Origin: Squalus acanthias
Taxonomy: Eukaryota
Assembly (NCBI GenBank): GCA_030390025.1
Contig: CM059431.1
Location: forward strand, 136,464,001 to 136,528,000
Direction of reading: 5' to 3'
Length of the DNA stretch: 64,000 nt
Positions 36,901 to 50,500 of this stretch are shown here, piece after piece. How positions within the stretch are numbered: the stretch's first letter is position 1; each line of letters starts with the position of its first letter. Under the pieces are notes generated by a model, which was not told the DNA's origin, did not search any database, and saw only the letters and a list, made by a program, of their open reading frames with translations. The position numbers were made by a program, and so were the translations under genes.

Positions 36901-39680
36901 CGAGACATGAAGAACGAACTGTCCCTAACCGGGGAATGAAGTGCGAGACATGAATTCTGAACTGTCTTTTACTGGGGCCTGAAGAGTGAGACATGGAGAA
37001 TGAACTGTCTCTAACCGTGGACGGAGGAGCGAGAAATGGAGAATTAACAGGCTCCACCCAGAGATAGAGAATGAGACATGTTGAATGATATGCCTTTAAA
37101 CGAGGAGAATGATAAATGGAGAATGAACTGCCGCTAACAGGGAAACGAAGAGAGAGACATGGAATATGAACTGTCTGTAACCAGGAACAGAAGAGCGAGG
37201 CATACAGTTTAAGCTCCTTCTAACCGGGGACTGAAGAGCGAGACATGGAGAATGAATTGCCTCTAACCCGGGACAGAAGAGCGAGACATGGAGAATGAAC
37301 TGCCTCAAACTGTTGAATGAAGAGCGAGACAGTGAGAATGAAGTGCCTCTAACCGGGGAGTGAAGAGTGAGACATGCAGAATGAACTGTCTCTAATCGGG
37401 GGCTGAAGAGCGAGACTTGGAGAATGAACTGCCTCAAACCTGGGACTGAAGAGTCTGATATGGAGAATTAAATGTCTCTAAATAGGGACTGACGAGTGAG
37501 ACATGGAGAATGAACTGTCTCTAACCGGGGATAGAAGAGCGAGACATGTAGAATGAACTGTCTCTAATCGGGAACTGAAGAGTGAGACATGGTGAATGAA
37601 CTGTCTATAATCGGGGACTGAAGAGTGAGACATGGAGAATGAACTGTCTCTAATCGGGGACTGAAGAGTGAGACCTGGTGAATGAACTGTCTCTAATCGG
37701 AGAGTGAAGAGTGAGTCATTGAGAATGAACTGCCTTTAACCGGGGACTGAAGAGTGAGACATGGAGAATGAACTGTCTCTAACTGGGGACTGAAGAGTGA
37801 GACATGGAGAATGAACTGTCTCTAACTGTGGACTGAAGAGTGAGACATGGAGAATGAACTGTCTGGAACCGGGGACTGAAGAGTGAGACATGGAGTATGA
37901 ACTGTCTCTAACCGGGGACTGAAGATTGAGACATGGATAATGAACTGTCTCGAACCGGGGACTGAAGAGTGAGACATGGACTATGAACTGTCTCTAATCG
38001 GGGAATGAAGAGTGAAACATGGAGAATGAACTGTCTCTAACCGGGGACTGAAGAGTGAGACATGGCGAATGAATTGTCTGTAACCGAACAATAAAGTGCG
38101 AGACATGAAGAACGAACTGTCCCTAACCGGGGAATGAAGTGCGAGACATGAAGACTGAACTGTCTTTTACTGAGGCCTGAAGAGTGAGACATGGAGAATG
38201 AACTGTCCCTAACCGTGGACGGAGGAGCGAGAAATGGAGAATTATCAGGCTCCACCCAGGGATAGAGAATGAGACATGTTGAATGATATGCCTTTAAACG
38301 AGGAGAATGATAAATGGAGAATGAACTGCCGCTAACAGGGAAACGAAGAGAGAGACATGGAATATGAACTGTCTGTAACCAGGAACAGAAGAGCGAGGCA
38401 TACAGTTTAAGCTCCTTCTAACCGGGGACTGAAGAGCGAGACATGGAGAATGAATTGCCTCTAACCGGGGACAGAAGAGCGAGACATGGAGAATGAACTG
38501 CCTCAAACTGTTGAATGAAGAGCGAGACAGTGAGAATGAAGTGCCTCTAACGGGGAGTGAAGAGTGAGACATGGAGAATGAACTGTCTCTAATTGGGGGC
38601 TGAAGAGCGAGACATGAAGAATGAACTGTGTCTAACCGGGGACTGAAGAGTGAGATATGGAGAATGAACTGTCTCTAACCGGGGAATGAAGAGCGAGACA
38701 GGGAAAATGAACTGTCTTTAATCGGGGAATGAAGTGCGAGACATGGAGAATGAACTGTCTTTAACCGGGGACTGAATAGCGAGACATGGAGAATTAACTG
38801 TCTCAAACCGGGGACTGAGGAGCGAGACATGGAGAATGAACTGCCTCTAACCGTGGATGCATGAGTGCAAGATGGAGAATGAACTGTCTCTAACCGGGGA
38901 ATGAAGAGTGTGACATGGAGAATGAAATGTCTCTGAACAGGGACTGAAGAGTGAGACATGCAGAATGAAAAGTCTTTAGCCAGGGAATGAAGAACTAGAC
39001 ATGGAGAATGAACTGCCTCTAACCGGGGACTGAAGAGCGAGACATGGAGATTCAATTGCCTCTAAGTGGGGAGAGAGGTGCGAGAAATGGAGAATTAACT
39101 GTCTCTAACTGGTGTCTGAAGAGTGAAACATGGAGAACGAACTGCCTCTAAGTGGTGATCGAAGAGCGTAACATGTGAAATTAACTGTCTATGCGGGGAC
39201 TGAAGAGTGAGACATGGAGAATGAACTGTCTCGAACAAGGTACGGAAGAGTGAGACATGGAGGATGAATTGCATCCAACACGGGACTAGGGAGTGAGACA
39301 AAGTGAATGAACTGTTTCTAACTGGGGAACGAAGTGCGAGACATGGAGAATCAACTAACTCTAACTGTGGAATGAAGAGCGAGACATGGAGAATGAGCTG
39401 CCTCAAACCGGGGACTGAAGAGTGAGACATGGAGAATGAACTGTCTCTAACCGGGGACTGAAGAGCGAGACATGGAGAATGAACCGCCTCTAACCGGGGG
39501 CTGAAGAGTGAGTCATGGAGAATGACCTGTCTCGAACCGGGAACTGAAGAGAGTGACATGGAGAATGAAATGTCTCTAACTGGGGACTGTAGAGTGAGTC
39601 ATGGAGAATGAACTGCCTCTATAACGGGGACTGAAGAGTGAGCCATGGAGAATGAACTGCCTCTATACCGGGGACTGAAG

Positions 39681-42600
39681 AGTGAGACATGGAGAATGAA
39701 CTGTCTCGAACCGGGGACTGAAGAGTGAGTCATGGAGAATGAACTGCCTCTAACCGGGGACTGAAGAGTCAGAAATGGAGAATGACCTGTCTCGAACCGG
39801 GGACTGAAGAGAGAGACATGGAGAATGAACTGCCTCTAACTGGAGACTGAAGAGTGAGTAATGGAGAATGAACTGCCTCTATACCGGGGACTGAAGAGTG
39901 AGACATGGAGAATGAACTGCTTCTATACCGGGGACTGAAGCGTGAGACATGGAGAATGAACTGTCTCGAACCGAGGACTGAAGAGTGAGAAATGGAAAAT
40001 GACCTGTCTCGAACCGGGGACTGAAGAGAGAGACATGAAGAATGAACTGTCTCTAACTGGGGACTGAAGAGTGAGTCATGGAGAATGGACTGCCTCTATA
40101 CCGGGGACTGAAGAGTGAGACATGGAGAATGAACTGTCTCGAACCGGGGACTGAAGAGTGAGACATGGATAATGAACTGGCTCGAACCGGGGACTGAAGA
40201 GTGAGACATGGAGTATGAACTGTCTCAAATCGGGGACTGAAGAGTGAGGCATGGAGAATGAACTGCCTCTAATCGGGGACTGAAGAGTGAGACATGGAGA
40301 ATGAACTGTCTCTAACCGGGGATAGAAGAGCGAGACATGGAGAATGAACGGTCTCTAATCGGGAACTGAAGAGTGAGTCATGGATAATTATCTGCCTCTA
40401 ACCGGGGACTTAAGAGTGAGGCATGGAGAATGACATTACTCGAACTGGCGACTGAAGAGACAGACATGAAGAATGAACTGTCTCCAACTGGGGACTGAAG
40501 AGTGAGACATGGAGAATGAACTGCCTCTAACCGGGGACTGAAGAGTGAGACATGGATAATGAACTGTCTCGAACCGGGGACTGAAGACTGAGACATGGAC
40601 TATGAACTGTCTCTAATCGGGGAAGGAAGAGTGAGACATGGAGAATGAACTGTCTCTAACCGGGGACTGAAGAGTGAGACATGGCGAATGAACTGTCTCT
40701 ACGGGCAATAAAGTGCGAGACATGAAGACTGAACTGTCTTTTACTGGGGCTGAAGAGTCAGACATGGAGAATTACTTGTCTCTAACCGGGGAATAAAGAG
40801 TGAGACATGGAGAATGAACTGTCTATAATCGGGGACTGAAGAGTGAGACATGGAGAATGAACTGTCTCTAATCGGGGAGTGAAGAGTGAGTCATTGAGAA
40901 TGAACTGCCTTTAACCGGGGACTGAAGAGTGAGACATGGAGAATGAACTGTCTCTAACTGGGGACTGAAGAGTGAGACATGGAGAATGAACTGTCTCTAA
41001 CTGGGGACTGAAGAGTGAGACATGGAGAATGAACTGTCTGGAACCGGGGACTGAAGAGTGAGACATGGAGTATGAACTGTCTCTAACCGGGGACTGAAGA
41101 GTGAGACATGGATAATGAACTGTCTCGAACCGGGGACTGAAGAGTGAGACATGGACTATGAACTGTCTCTAATCGGGGAATGAAGAGTGAAACATGGAGA
41201 ATGAACTGTCTCTAACCGGGGACTGAAGAGTGAGACATAGTCAAATGAACTGTCTCTAACCGGGCAATAAAGTGCGAGTCATGAAGAACGAACTGTCCCT
41301 AACCGGGGAATGAAGTGCGAGACATGAAGACTGAACTGTCTTTTACTGGGGCCTGAAGAGTGAGACATGGAGAATGAACTGTCCCTAACCGTGGACGGAG
41401 GAGCGAGAAATGGAGAATTAACAGGCTCCACCCAGGGATAGAGAATGAGACATGTTGAATGATATGCCTTTAAACGAGGAGAATGATAAATGGAGAATGA
41501 ACTGCCGCTAACAGGGAAACGAAGAGAGAGACATGGAATATGAACTGTCTGTAACCAGGAACAGAAGAGCGAGGCATACAGTTTAAGCTCCTTCTAACCG
41601 GGGACTGAAGAGCGAGACATGGAGAATGAATTGCCTCTAACCGGGGACAGAAGAGAGAGACATGGAGAATGAAATGCCTCAAACTGTTGAATGAAGAGCG
41701 AGACAGTGAGAATGAAGTGCCTATAACCGGGGAGTGAAGAGTGAGACATGGAGAATGAACTGTCTCTAATCGGGGGCTGAAGAGCGAGACTTGGAGAATG
41801 AACTGCCTCTAAGTGGGGAGAGAGTTGCGAGAAATGGAGAATTAACTGTCTCTAACTGGTGTCTGAAGAGTGAAACATGGAGAACGAACTGCCTCTAAGT
41901 GGTGATTGAAGAGCGTAACATGTGAAATTAACTGTCTATGCGGGGACTGAAGAGTGAGACATGGAGAATGAACTGTCTCGAACAAGGTACGGAAGAGTGA
42001 GACATGGAGAATGAATTGCATCCAACACGGGACTAGGGAGTGAGACAAAGTGAATGAACTGTTTCTAACTGGGGAACGAAGTGCGAGACATGGAGAATCA
42101 ACTAACTCTAACTGTGGAATGAAGAGCGAGACATGGAGAATGAGCTGCCTCAAACCGGGGACTGAAGAGTGAGACATGGAGAATGAACTGTCTCTAACCG
42201 GGGACTGAAGAGCGAGACATGGAGAATGAACCGCCTCTAACCGGGGGCTGAAGAGTGAGTCATGGAGAATGACCTGTCTCGAACCGGGAACTGAAGAGAG
42301 TGACATGGAGAATTAAATGTCTCTAACTGGGGACTGAAGAGTGAGTCATGGAGAATGAACTGCCTCTATAACGGGGACTGAAGAGTGAGCCATGGAGAAT
42401 GAACTGCCTCTATACCGGGGACTGAAGAGTGAGACATGGAGAATGAACTGTCTCGAACCGGGGACTGAAGAGTGAGTCATGGAGAATGAACTGCCTCTAA
42501 CCGGGGACTGAAGAGTCAGAAATGGAAAATGACCTGTCTCGAACCGGGGACTGAAGAGAGAGACATGAAGAATGAACTGTCTCTAACTGGGGACTGAAGA

Positions 42601-45600
42601 GTGAGTCATGGAGAATGAACTGCCTCTATACCGGGGACTGAAGAGTGAGACATGGAGAATGAACTGCCTCTATACCGGGGACTGAAGAGTGAGACATGGA
42701 GAATGAACTGCCTCTATACCGGGGACTGAAGAGTGAGACATGGATAATGAACTGGCTCGAACCGGGGACTGAAGAGTGAGACTTGGAGTATGAACTGTCT
42801 CAAATCCGGCACTGAAGAGTGAGACATGGAGAATGAACTGCCTCTAATCGGGGACTGAAGAGTGAGACATGGAGAATGAACTGTCTCTAACCGGGGATAG
42901 AAGAGCGAGACATGGAGAATGAACGGTCTCTAATCGGGGACTGAAGAGTGAGTCATGGATAATTATCTGCCTCTAACCGGGGACTTAAGAGTGAGGCACG
43001 GAGAATGACCTGACTCGAACTGGCGACTGAAGAGACAGACATGAAGAATGAACTGTCTCCAACTGGGGACTGAAGAGTGAGACATGGCGAATGAACTGCC
43101 TCTAACCGGGGACTGAAGAGTGAGACATGGATAATGAACTGTCTCGAACCGGGGACTGAAGACTGAGACATGGACTATGAACTGTCTCTAATCGGGGAAT
43201 GAAGAGTGAGACATGGAGAATGAACTGTCTCTAACCGGGGACTGAAGAGTGAGACATGGCGAATGAACTGTCTCTAACCGGGCAATAAAGTGCGAGACAT
43301 GAAGACTGAACTGTCTTTTACTGGGGCTGAAGAGTCAGACATGGAGAATTACTTGTCTCTAACCGGGGAATAAAGAGTGAGACATGGAGAATGAACTGTC
43401 TCTAATCGGGGGCTGAAGAGCGAGACATGGAGAATGAACTGCCTCTAACCAGGGACTGAAGAGTGAGACATGGAGAATGAACTGTCTCTTATCGGGGGCT
43501 GAAGAGCGAGACATGGAGAATGAACTGCCTCTAACCGGGGACTGAAGAGTCAGACATGGAGAATTAAATGTCTCTAAATAGGGACTGACGAGTGAGACAT
43601 GGAGAATGAACTGTCTCGAACCGGGGACTGAAGAGTGAGTCATGGAGAATGAACTGCCTCTAACCGGGGACTGAAGAGTCAGAAATGGAGAATGACCTGT
43701 CTCGAACCGGGGACTGAAGAGAGAGACATGGAGAATGAACTGCCTCTAACTGGAGACTGAAGAGTGAGTAATGGAGAATGAACTGCCTCTATACCGGGGA
43801 CTGAAGAGTGAGACATGGAGAATGAACTGCTTCTATACCGGGGACTGAAGCGTGAGACATGGAGAATGAACTGTCTCGAACCGAGGACTGAAGAGTGAGA
43901 AATGGAAAATGACCTGTCTCGAACCGGGGACTGAAGAGAGAGACATGAAGAATGAACTGTCTCTAACTGGGGACTGAAGAGTGAGTCATGGAGAATGAAC
44001 TGCCTCTATACCGGGGACTGAAGAGTGAGACATGGAGAATGAACTGTCTCGAACCGGGGACTGAAGAGTGAGACATGGATAATGAACTGGCTCGAACCGG
44101 GGACTGAAGAGTGAGACATGGAGTATGAACTGTCTCAAATCGGGGACTGAAGAGTGAGGCATGGAGAATGAACTGCCTCTAATCGGGGACTGAAGAGTGA
44201 GACATGGAGAATGAACTGTCTCTAACCGGGGATAGAAGAGCGAGACATGGAGAATGAACGGTCTCTAATCGGGAACTGAAGAGTGAGTCATGGATAATTA
44301 TCTGCCTCTAACCGGGGACTTAAGAGTGAGGCATGGAGAATGACATTACTCGAACTGGCGACTGAAGAGACAGACATGAAGAATGAACTGTCTCCAACTG
44401 GGGACTGAAGAGTGAGACATGGAGAATGAACTGCCTCTAACCGGGGACTGAAGAGTGAGACATGGATAATGAACTGTCTCGAACCGGGGACTGAAGACTG
44501 AGACATGGACTATGAACTGTCTCTAATCGGGGAAGGAAGAGTGAGACATGGAGAATGAACTGTCTCTAACCGGGGACTGAAGAGTGAGACATGGCGAATG
44601 AACTGTCTCTACGGGCAATAAAGTGCGAGACATGAAGACTGAACTGTCTTTTACTGGGGCTGAAGAGTCAGACATGGAGAATTACTTGTCTCTAACCGGG
44701 GAATAAAGAGTGAGACATGGAGAATGAACTGTCTATAATCGGGGACTGAAGAGTGAGACATGGAGAATGAACTGTCTCTAATCGGGGAGTGAAGAGTGAG
44801 TCATTGAGAATGAACTGCCTTTAACCGGGGACTGAAGAGTGAGACATGGAGAATGAACTGTCTCTAACTGGGGACTGAAGAGTGAGACATGGAGAATGAA
44901 CTGTCTCTAACTGGGGACTGAAGAGTGAGACATGGAGAATGAACTGTCTGGAACCGGGGACTGAAGAGTGAGACATGGAGTATGAACTGTCTCTAACCGG
45001 GGACTGAAGAGTGAGACATGGATAATGAACTGTCTCGAACCGGGGACTGAAGAGTGAGACATGGACTATGAACTGTCTCTAATCGGGGAATGAAGAGTGA
45101 AACATGGAGAATGAACTGTCTCTAACCGGGGACTGAAGAGTGAGACATAGTCAAATGAACTGTCTCTAACCGGGCAATAAAGTGCGAGTCATGAAGAACG
45201 AACTGTCCCTAACCGGGGAATGAAGTGCGAGACATGAAGACTGAACTGTCTTTTACTGGGGCCTGAAGAGTGAGACATGGAGAATGAACTGTCCCTAACC
45301 GTGGACGGAGGAGCGAGAAATGGAGAATTAACAGGCTCCACCCAGGGATAGAGAATGAGACATGTTGAATGATATGCCTTTAAACGAGGAGAATGATAAA
45401 TGGAGAATGAACTGCCGCTAACAGGGAAACGAAGAGAGAGACATGGAATATGAACTGTCTGTAACCAGGAACAGAAGAGCGAGGCATACAGTTTAAGCTC
45501 CTTCTAACCGGGGACTGAAGAGCGAGACATGGAGAATGAATTGCCTCTAACCGGGGACAGAAGAGAGAGACATGGAGAATGAAATGCCTCAAACTGTTGA

Positions 45601-47527
45601 ATGAAGAGCGAGACAGTGAGAATGAAGTGCCTATAACCGGGGAGTGAAGAGTGAGACATGGAGAATGAACTGTCTCTAATCGGGGGCTGAAGAGCGAGAC
45701 TTGGAGAATGAACTGCCTCTAAGTGGGGAGAGAGTTGCGAGAAATGGAGAATTAACTGTCTCTAACTGGTGTCTGAAGAGTGAAACATGGAGAACGAACT
45801 GCCTCTAAGTGGTGATTGAAGAGCGTAACATGTGAAATTAACTGTCTATGCGGGGACTGAAGAGTGAGACATGGAGAATGAACTGTCTCGAACAAGGTAC
45901 GGAAGAGTGAGACATGGAGAATGAATTGCATCCAACACGGGACTAGGGAGTGAGACAAAGTGAATGAACTGTTTCTAACTGGGGAACGAAGTGCGAGACA
46001 TGGAGAATCAACTAACTCTAACTGTGGAATGAAGAGCGAGACATGGAGAATGAGCTGCCTCAAACCGGGGACTGAAGAGTGAGACATGGAGAATGAACTG
46101 TCTCTAACCGGGGACTGAAGAGCGAGACATGGAGAATGAACCGCCTCTAACCGGGGGCTGAAGAGTGAGTCATGGAGAATGACCTGTCTCGAACCGGGAA
46201 CTGAAGAGAGTGACATGGAGAATTAAATGTCTCTAACTGGGGACTGAAGAGTGAGTCATGGAGAATGAACTGCCTCTATAACGGGGACTGAAGAGTGAGC
46301 CATGGAGAATGAACTGCCTCTATACCGGGGACTGAAGAGTGAGACATGGAGAATGAACTGTCTCGAACCGGGGACTGAAGAGTGAGTCATGGAGAATGAA
46401 CTGCCTCTAACCGGGGACTGAAGAGTCAGAAATGGAAAATGACCTGTCTCGAACCGGGGACTGAAGAGAGAGACATGAAGAATGAACTGTCTCTAACTGG
46501 GGACTGAAGAGTGAGTCATGGAGAATGAACTGCCTCTATACCGGGGACTGAAGAGTGAGACATGGAGAATGAACTGCCTCTATACCGGGGACTGAAGAGT
46601 GAGACATGGAGAATGAACTGCCTCTATACCGGGGACTGAAGAGTGAGACATGGATAATGAACTGGCTCGAACCGGGGACTGAAGAGTGAGACTTGGAGTA
46701 TGAACTGTCTCAAATCCGGCACTGAAGAGTGAGACATGGAGAATGAACTGCCTCTAATCGGGGACTGAAGAGTGAGACATGGAGAATGAACTGTCTCTAA
46801 CCGGGGATAGAAGAGCGAGACATGGAGAATGAACGGTCTCTAATCGGGGACTGAAGAGTGAGTCATGGATAATTATCTGCCTCTAACCGGGGACTTAAGA
46901 GTGAGGCACGGAGAATGACCTGACTCGAACTGGCGACTGAAGAGACAGACATGAAGAATGAACTGTCTCCAACTGGGGACTGAAGAGTGAGACATGGCGA
47001 ATGAACTGCCTCTAACCGGGGACTGAAGAGTGAGACATGGATAATGAACTGTCTCGAACCGGGGACTGAAGACTGAGACATGGACTATGAACTGTCTCTA
47101 ATCGGGGAATGAAGAGTGAGACATGGAGAATGAACTGTCTCTAACCGGGGACTGAAGAGTGAGACATGGCGAATGAACTGTCTCTAACCGGGCAATAAAG
47201 TGCGAGACATGAAGACTGAACTGTCTTTTACTGGGGCTGAAGAGTCAGACATGGAGAATTACTTGTCTCTAACCGGGGAATAAAGAGTGAGACATGGAGA
47301 ATGAACTGTCTCTAATCGGGGGCTGAAGAGCGAGACATGGAGAATGAACTGCCTCTAACCAGGGACTGAAGAGTGAGACATGGAGAATGAACTGTCTCTT
47401 ATCGGGGGCTGAAGAGCGAGACATGGAGAATGAACTGCCTCTAACCGGGGACTGAAGAGTCAGACATGGAGAATTAAATGTCTCTAAATAGGGACTGACG
47501 AGTGAGACATGGAGAATGAACTGTCTC
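39681..47527. repeat. Near-identical 3910-bp tandem duplication of satellite (~91 monomers x2)
   Basis: Identical ORF translations offset by 3910 (40378/44288, 41470/45380, 41842/45752, 42953/46863). Confidence 0.92.
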
Positions 47528-50500
47528 TAACCGGGGATAGAAGAGCGAGACATGGAGAATGAACTGTCCTTAATCAGGAACTGAAGAGTGAGACATGGTG
47601 AATGAACTGTCTATAATCGGGGACTGAAGAGTGAGACATGGAGAATGAACTGTCTCTAATCGGGGACTGAAGAGTGAGACATGGTGAATGAACTGTCTCT
47701 AATCGGGGAGTGAAGAGTGAGTCATTGAGAATGAACCGCCTTTAACCGGGGACTGAAGAGTGAGACATGGAGAATGAACTGTCTCTAACTGGGGACTGAA
47801 GAGTGAGACATGGAGAATGAACTGTCTCTAACTGGGGACTAAAGAGTGAGACATGGAGAATGAACTGTCTGGAACCGGGGACTGAAGAGTGAGACATGGA
47901 GTATGAACTGTCTCTAACCGGGGACTGAAGAGTGAGACATGGATAATGAACTGTCTCGAACCGAGGACTGAAGAGTGAGACATGGACTATGAACTGTCTC
48001 TAATCGGGGAATGAAGAGTGAAACATGGAGAATGAACTGTCTCTAACCGGGGACTGAAGAGTGAGACATGGCGAATGAACTGTCTCTAAGCGGGCAATAA
48101 AGTGCGAGACATGAAGAACGAACTGTCCCTAACCGGGGAATGAAGTGCGAGACATGAAGACTGAACTGTCTTTTACTGGGGCCTGAAGAGTGAGACATGG
48201 AGAATGAACTGTCTCTAACCGTGGACGGAGGAGCGAGAAATGGGAATTAACAGGCTCCACCCAGGGATAGAGAATGAGACATGTTGAATGATGTGCCTTT
48301 AAATGAGGAGAATGATAAATGGAGAATGAACTGCCGCTAACAGGGAAACGAAGAGAGAGACATGGAATATGAACTGTCTGTAACCAGGAACAGAAGAGCG
48401 AGGCATACAGTTTAAGCTCCTTCTAACCGGGGACTGAAGAGCGAGACATGGAGAATGAATTGCCTCTAACCGGGGACAGAAGAGCGAGACATGGAGAATG
48501 AACTGCCTCAAACTGTTGAATGAAGAGCGAGACAGTGAGAATGAAGTGCCTCTAACCGGGGAGTGAAGAGTGAGACATGGAGAATGAACTGTCTCTAATC
48601 GGGGGCTCAAGAGCGAGACATGGAGAATGAACTGCCTCTAACCGGGGACTGAAGAGTGAGACATGGAGAATGAACTGTCCATAATCGGGGGCTGAAGAGC
48701 GAGACATGGAGAATGAACTTCCTCTAACCGGGGACTGAAGAGTCAGACATGGAAAATTAAATGTCTCTAAATAGGGACTGACGAGTGAGACATGGAGAAT
48801 GAACTGTCTCTAACCGGGGATAGAAGAGTGAGACATGGAGAATGAACTGTCTCTAATCGGGAACTGAAGAGTGAGACATAGTGAATGAACTGTCTATAAT
48901 CGGGGACTGAAGAGTGAGACATGGAGAATGAACTGTCTCTAATCGGGGACTGAAGAGTGAGACATGTGAATGAACTGTCTCTAATCGGGGACTGAAGAGT
49001 GAGTCATTGAGAATGAACTGCCTTTAACCGGGGACTGAAGAGTGAGACATGGCGAATGAACTGTCTCTAACCGGGCAATAAATTGCGAGACATGAAGAAC
49101 GAACTGTCCCTAACCGGGGAATGAAGTGCGAGACATGAAGACTGAACTGTCTTTTAGTGGGGCCTGAAGAGTGAGACATGGAGAATGAACTGTCTCTAAC
49201 TGTGGACGGAGGAGCGAGAAATGGAGAATTAACAGGCTCCACCCAGGGATAGAGAATGAGACATGTTGAATGATATGCCTTTAAACGAGGAGAATGATAA
49301 ATGGAGAATGAACTGCCGCTAACAGGGAGACGAAGAGAGAGACATGGAATATGAACTGTCTGTAACCAGGAACAGAAGAGCGAGGCATACAGTTTAAGCT
49401 CCTTCTAACCGGGGACTGAAGAGCGAGACATGGAGAATGAATTGCCTCTAACCGGGGACAGAAGAGCGAGACATGGAGAATGAACTGCCTCAAACTGTTG
49501 CATGAAGAGCGAGACAGTGAGAATGAAGTGCCTCTAGCCGGGGAGTGAAGAGTGATCAATGGAGAATGAACTGTCTCTAATCGGGGGCTGAAGACCGAGA
49601 CATGGAGAATGAACTGGCCTCGAACCGGGGACTGAAGAGTGAGACATGGAGAATGAACTGTCTCTAATCGGGGGCTGAAGAGCGAGACATGGAGAATGAA
49701 CTGCCTCTAACCGGGGACTGAAGAGTCAGACATGGAGAATTAAATGTCTCTAAATAGGGACTGACGAGTGAGACATGGAGAATGAACTGCCTCTAACTGG
49801 GGCTGAAGAGTCAGACATGGAGAATTACTTGTCTCTAACCGGGGAATAAAGAGTGAGACATGGAGAATGAACTGTCTCTAATCGGGGACTGCAGAGTGAG
49901 ACATGGAGAATGACCTGTCTCGAACCGGGGACTGAAGAGAGAGACACGAAGAATGAACTGTCTCTAACTGGAGACTGAAGAGTGAGTCATGGAGAATGAA
50001 CTACCTCTATACCGGTGACTGAAGAGTGAGACATGGAGAATGAACTGTCTCGAACCGGAGACTGAAGAGTGAGACATGGAGAATGAACTGTCTCTAATCG
50101 GGGGCTGAAGAGCGAGACATGGAGAATGAACTGCCTCGAACCGGGGACTGAAGAGTGAGACATGGAGAATGAACAGTCTCTAATCGGGGGCTGAAGACCG
50201 AGACATGGAGAATGAACTGCCTCTAACCGGGGACTGAAGAGTCAGACATTGAGAATTAAATGTTTCTAAATAGGGACTGACGAGTGAGACATGGAGAATG
50301 AACTGTCTCTAACCGGGGATAGAAGAGCGTTACATGGAGAATGAACTGTCTCTAATCGGGAACTGAAGAGTGAGACATGGTGAATGAACTGTCTATAATC
50401 GGGGACTGAAGAGTGAGACATGGAGAATGAACTGTCTCTAATCGGGGACTGAAGAGTGAGACATGGTGAATGAACTGTCTCTTTTCGGGGAGTGAAGAAT

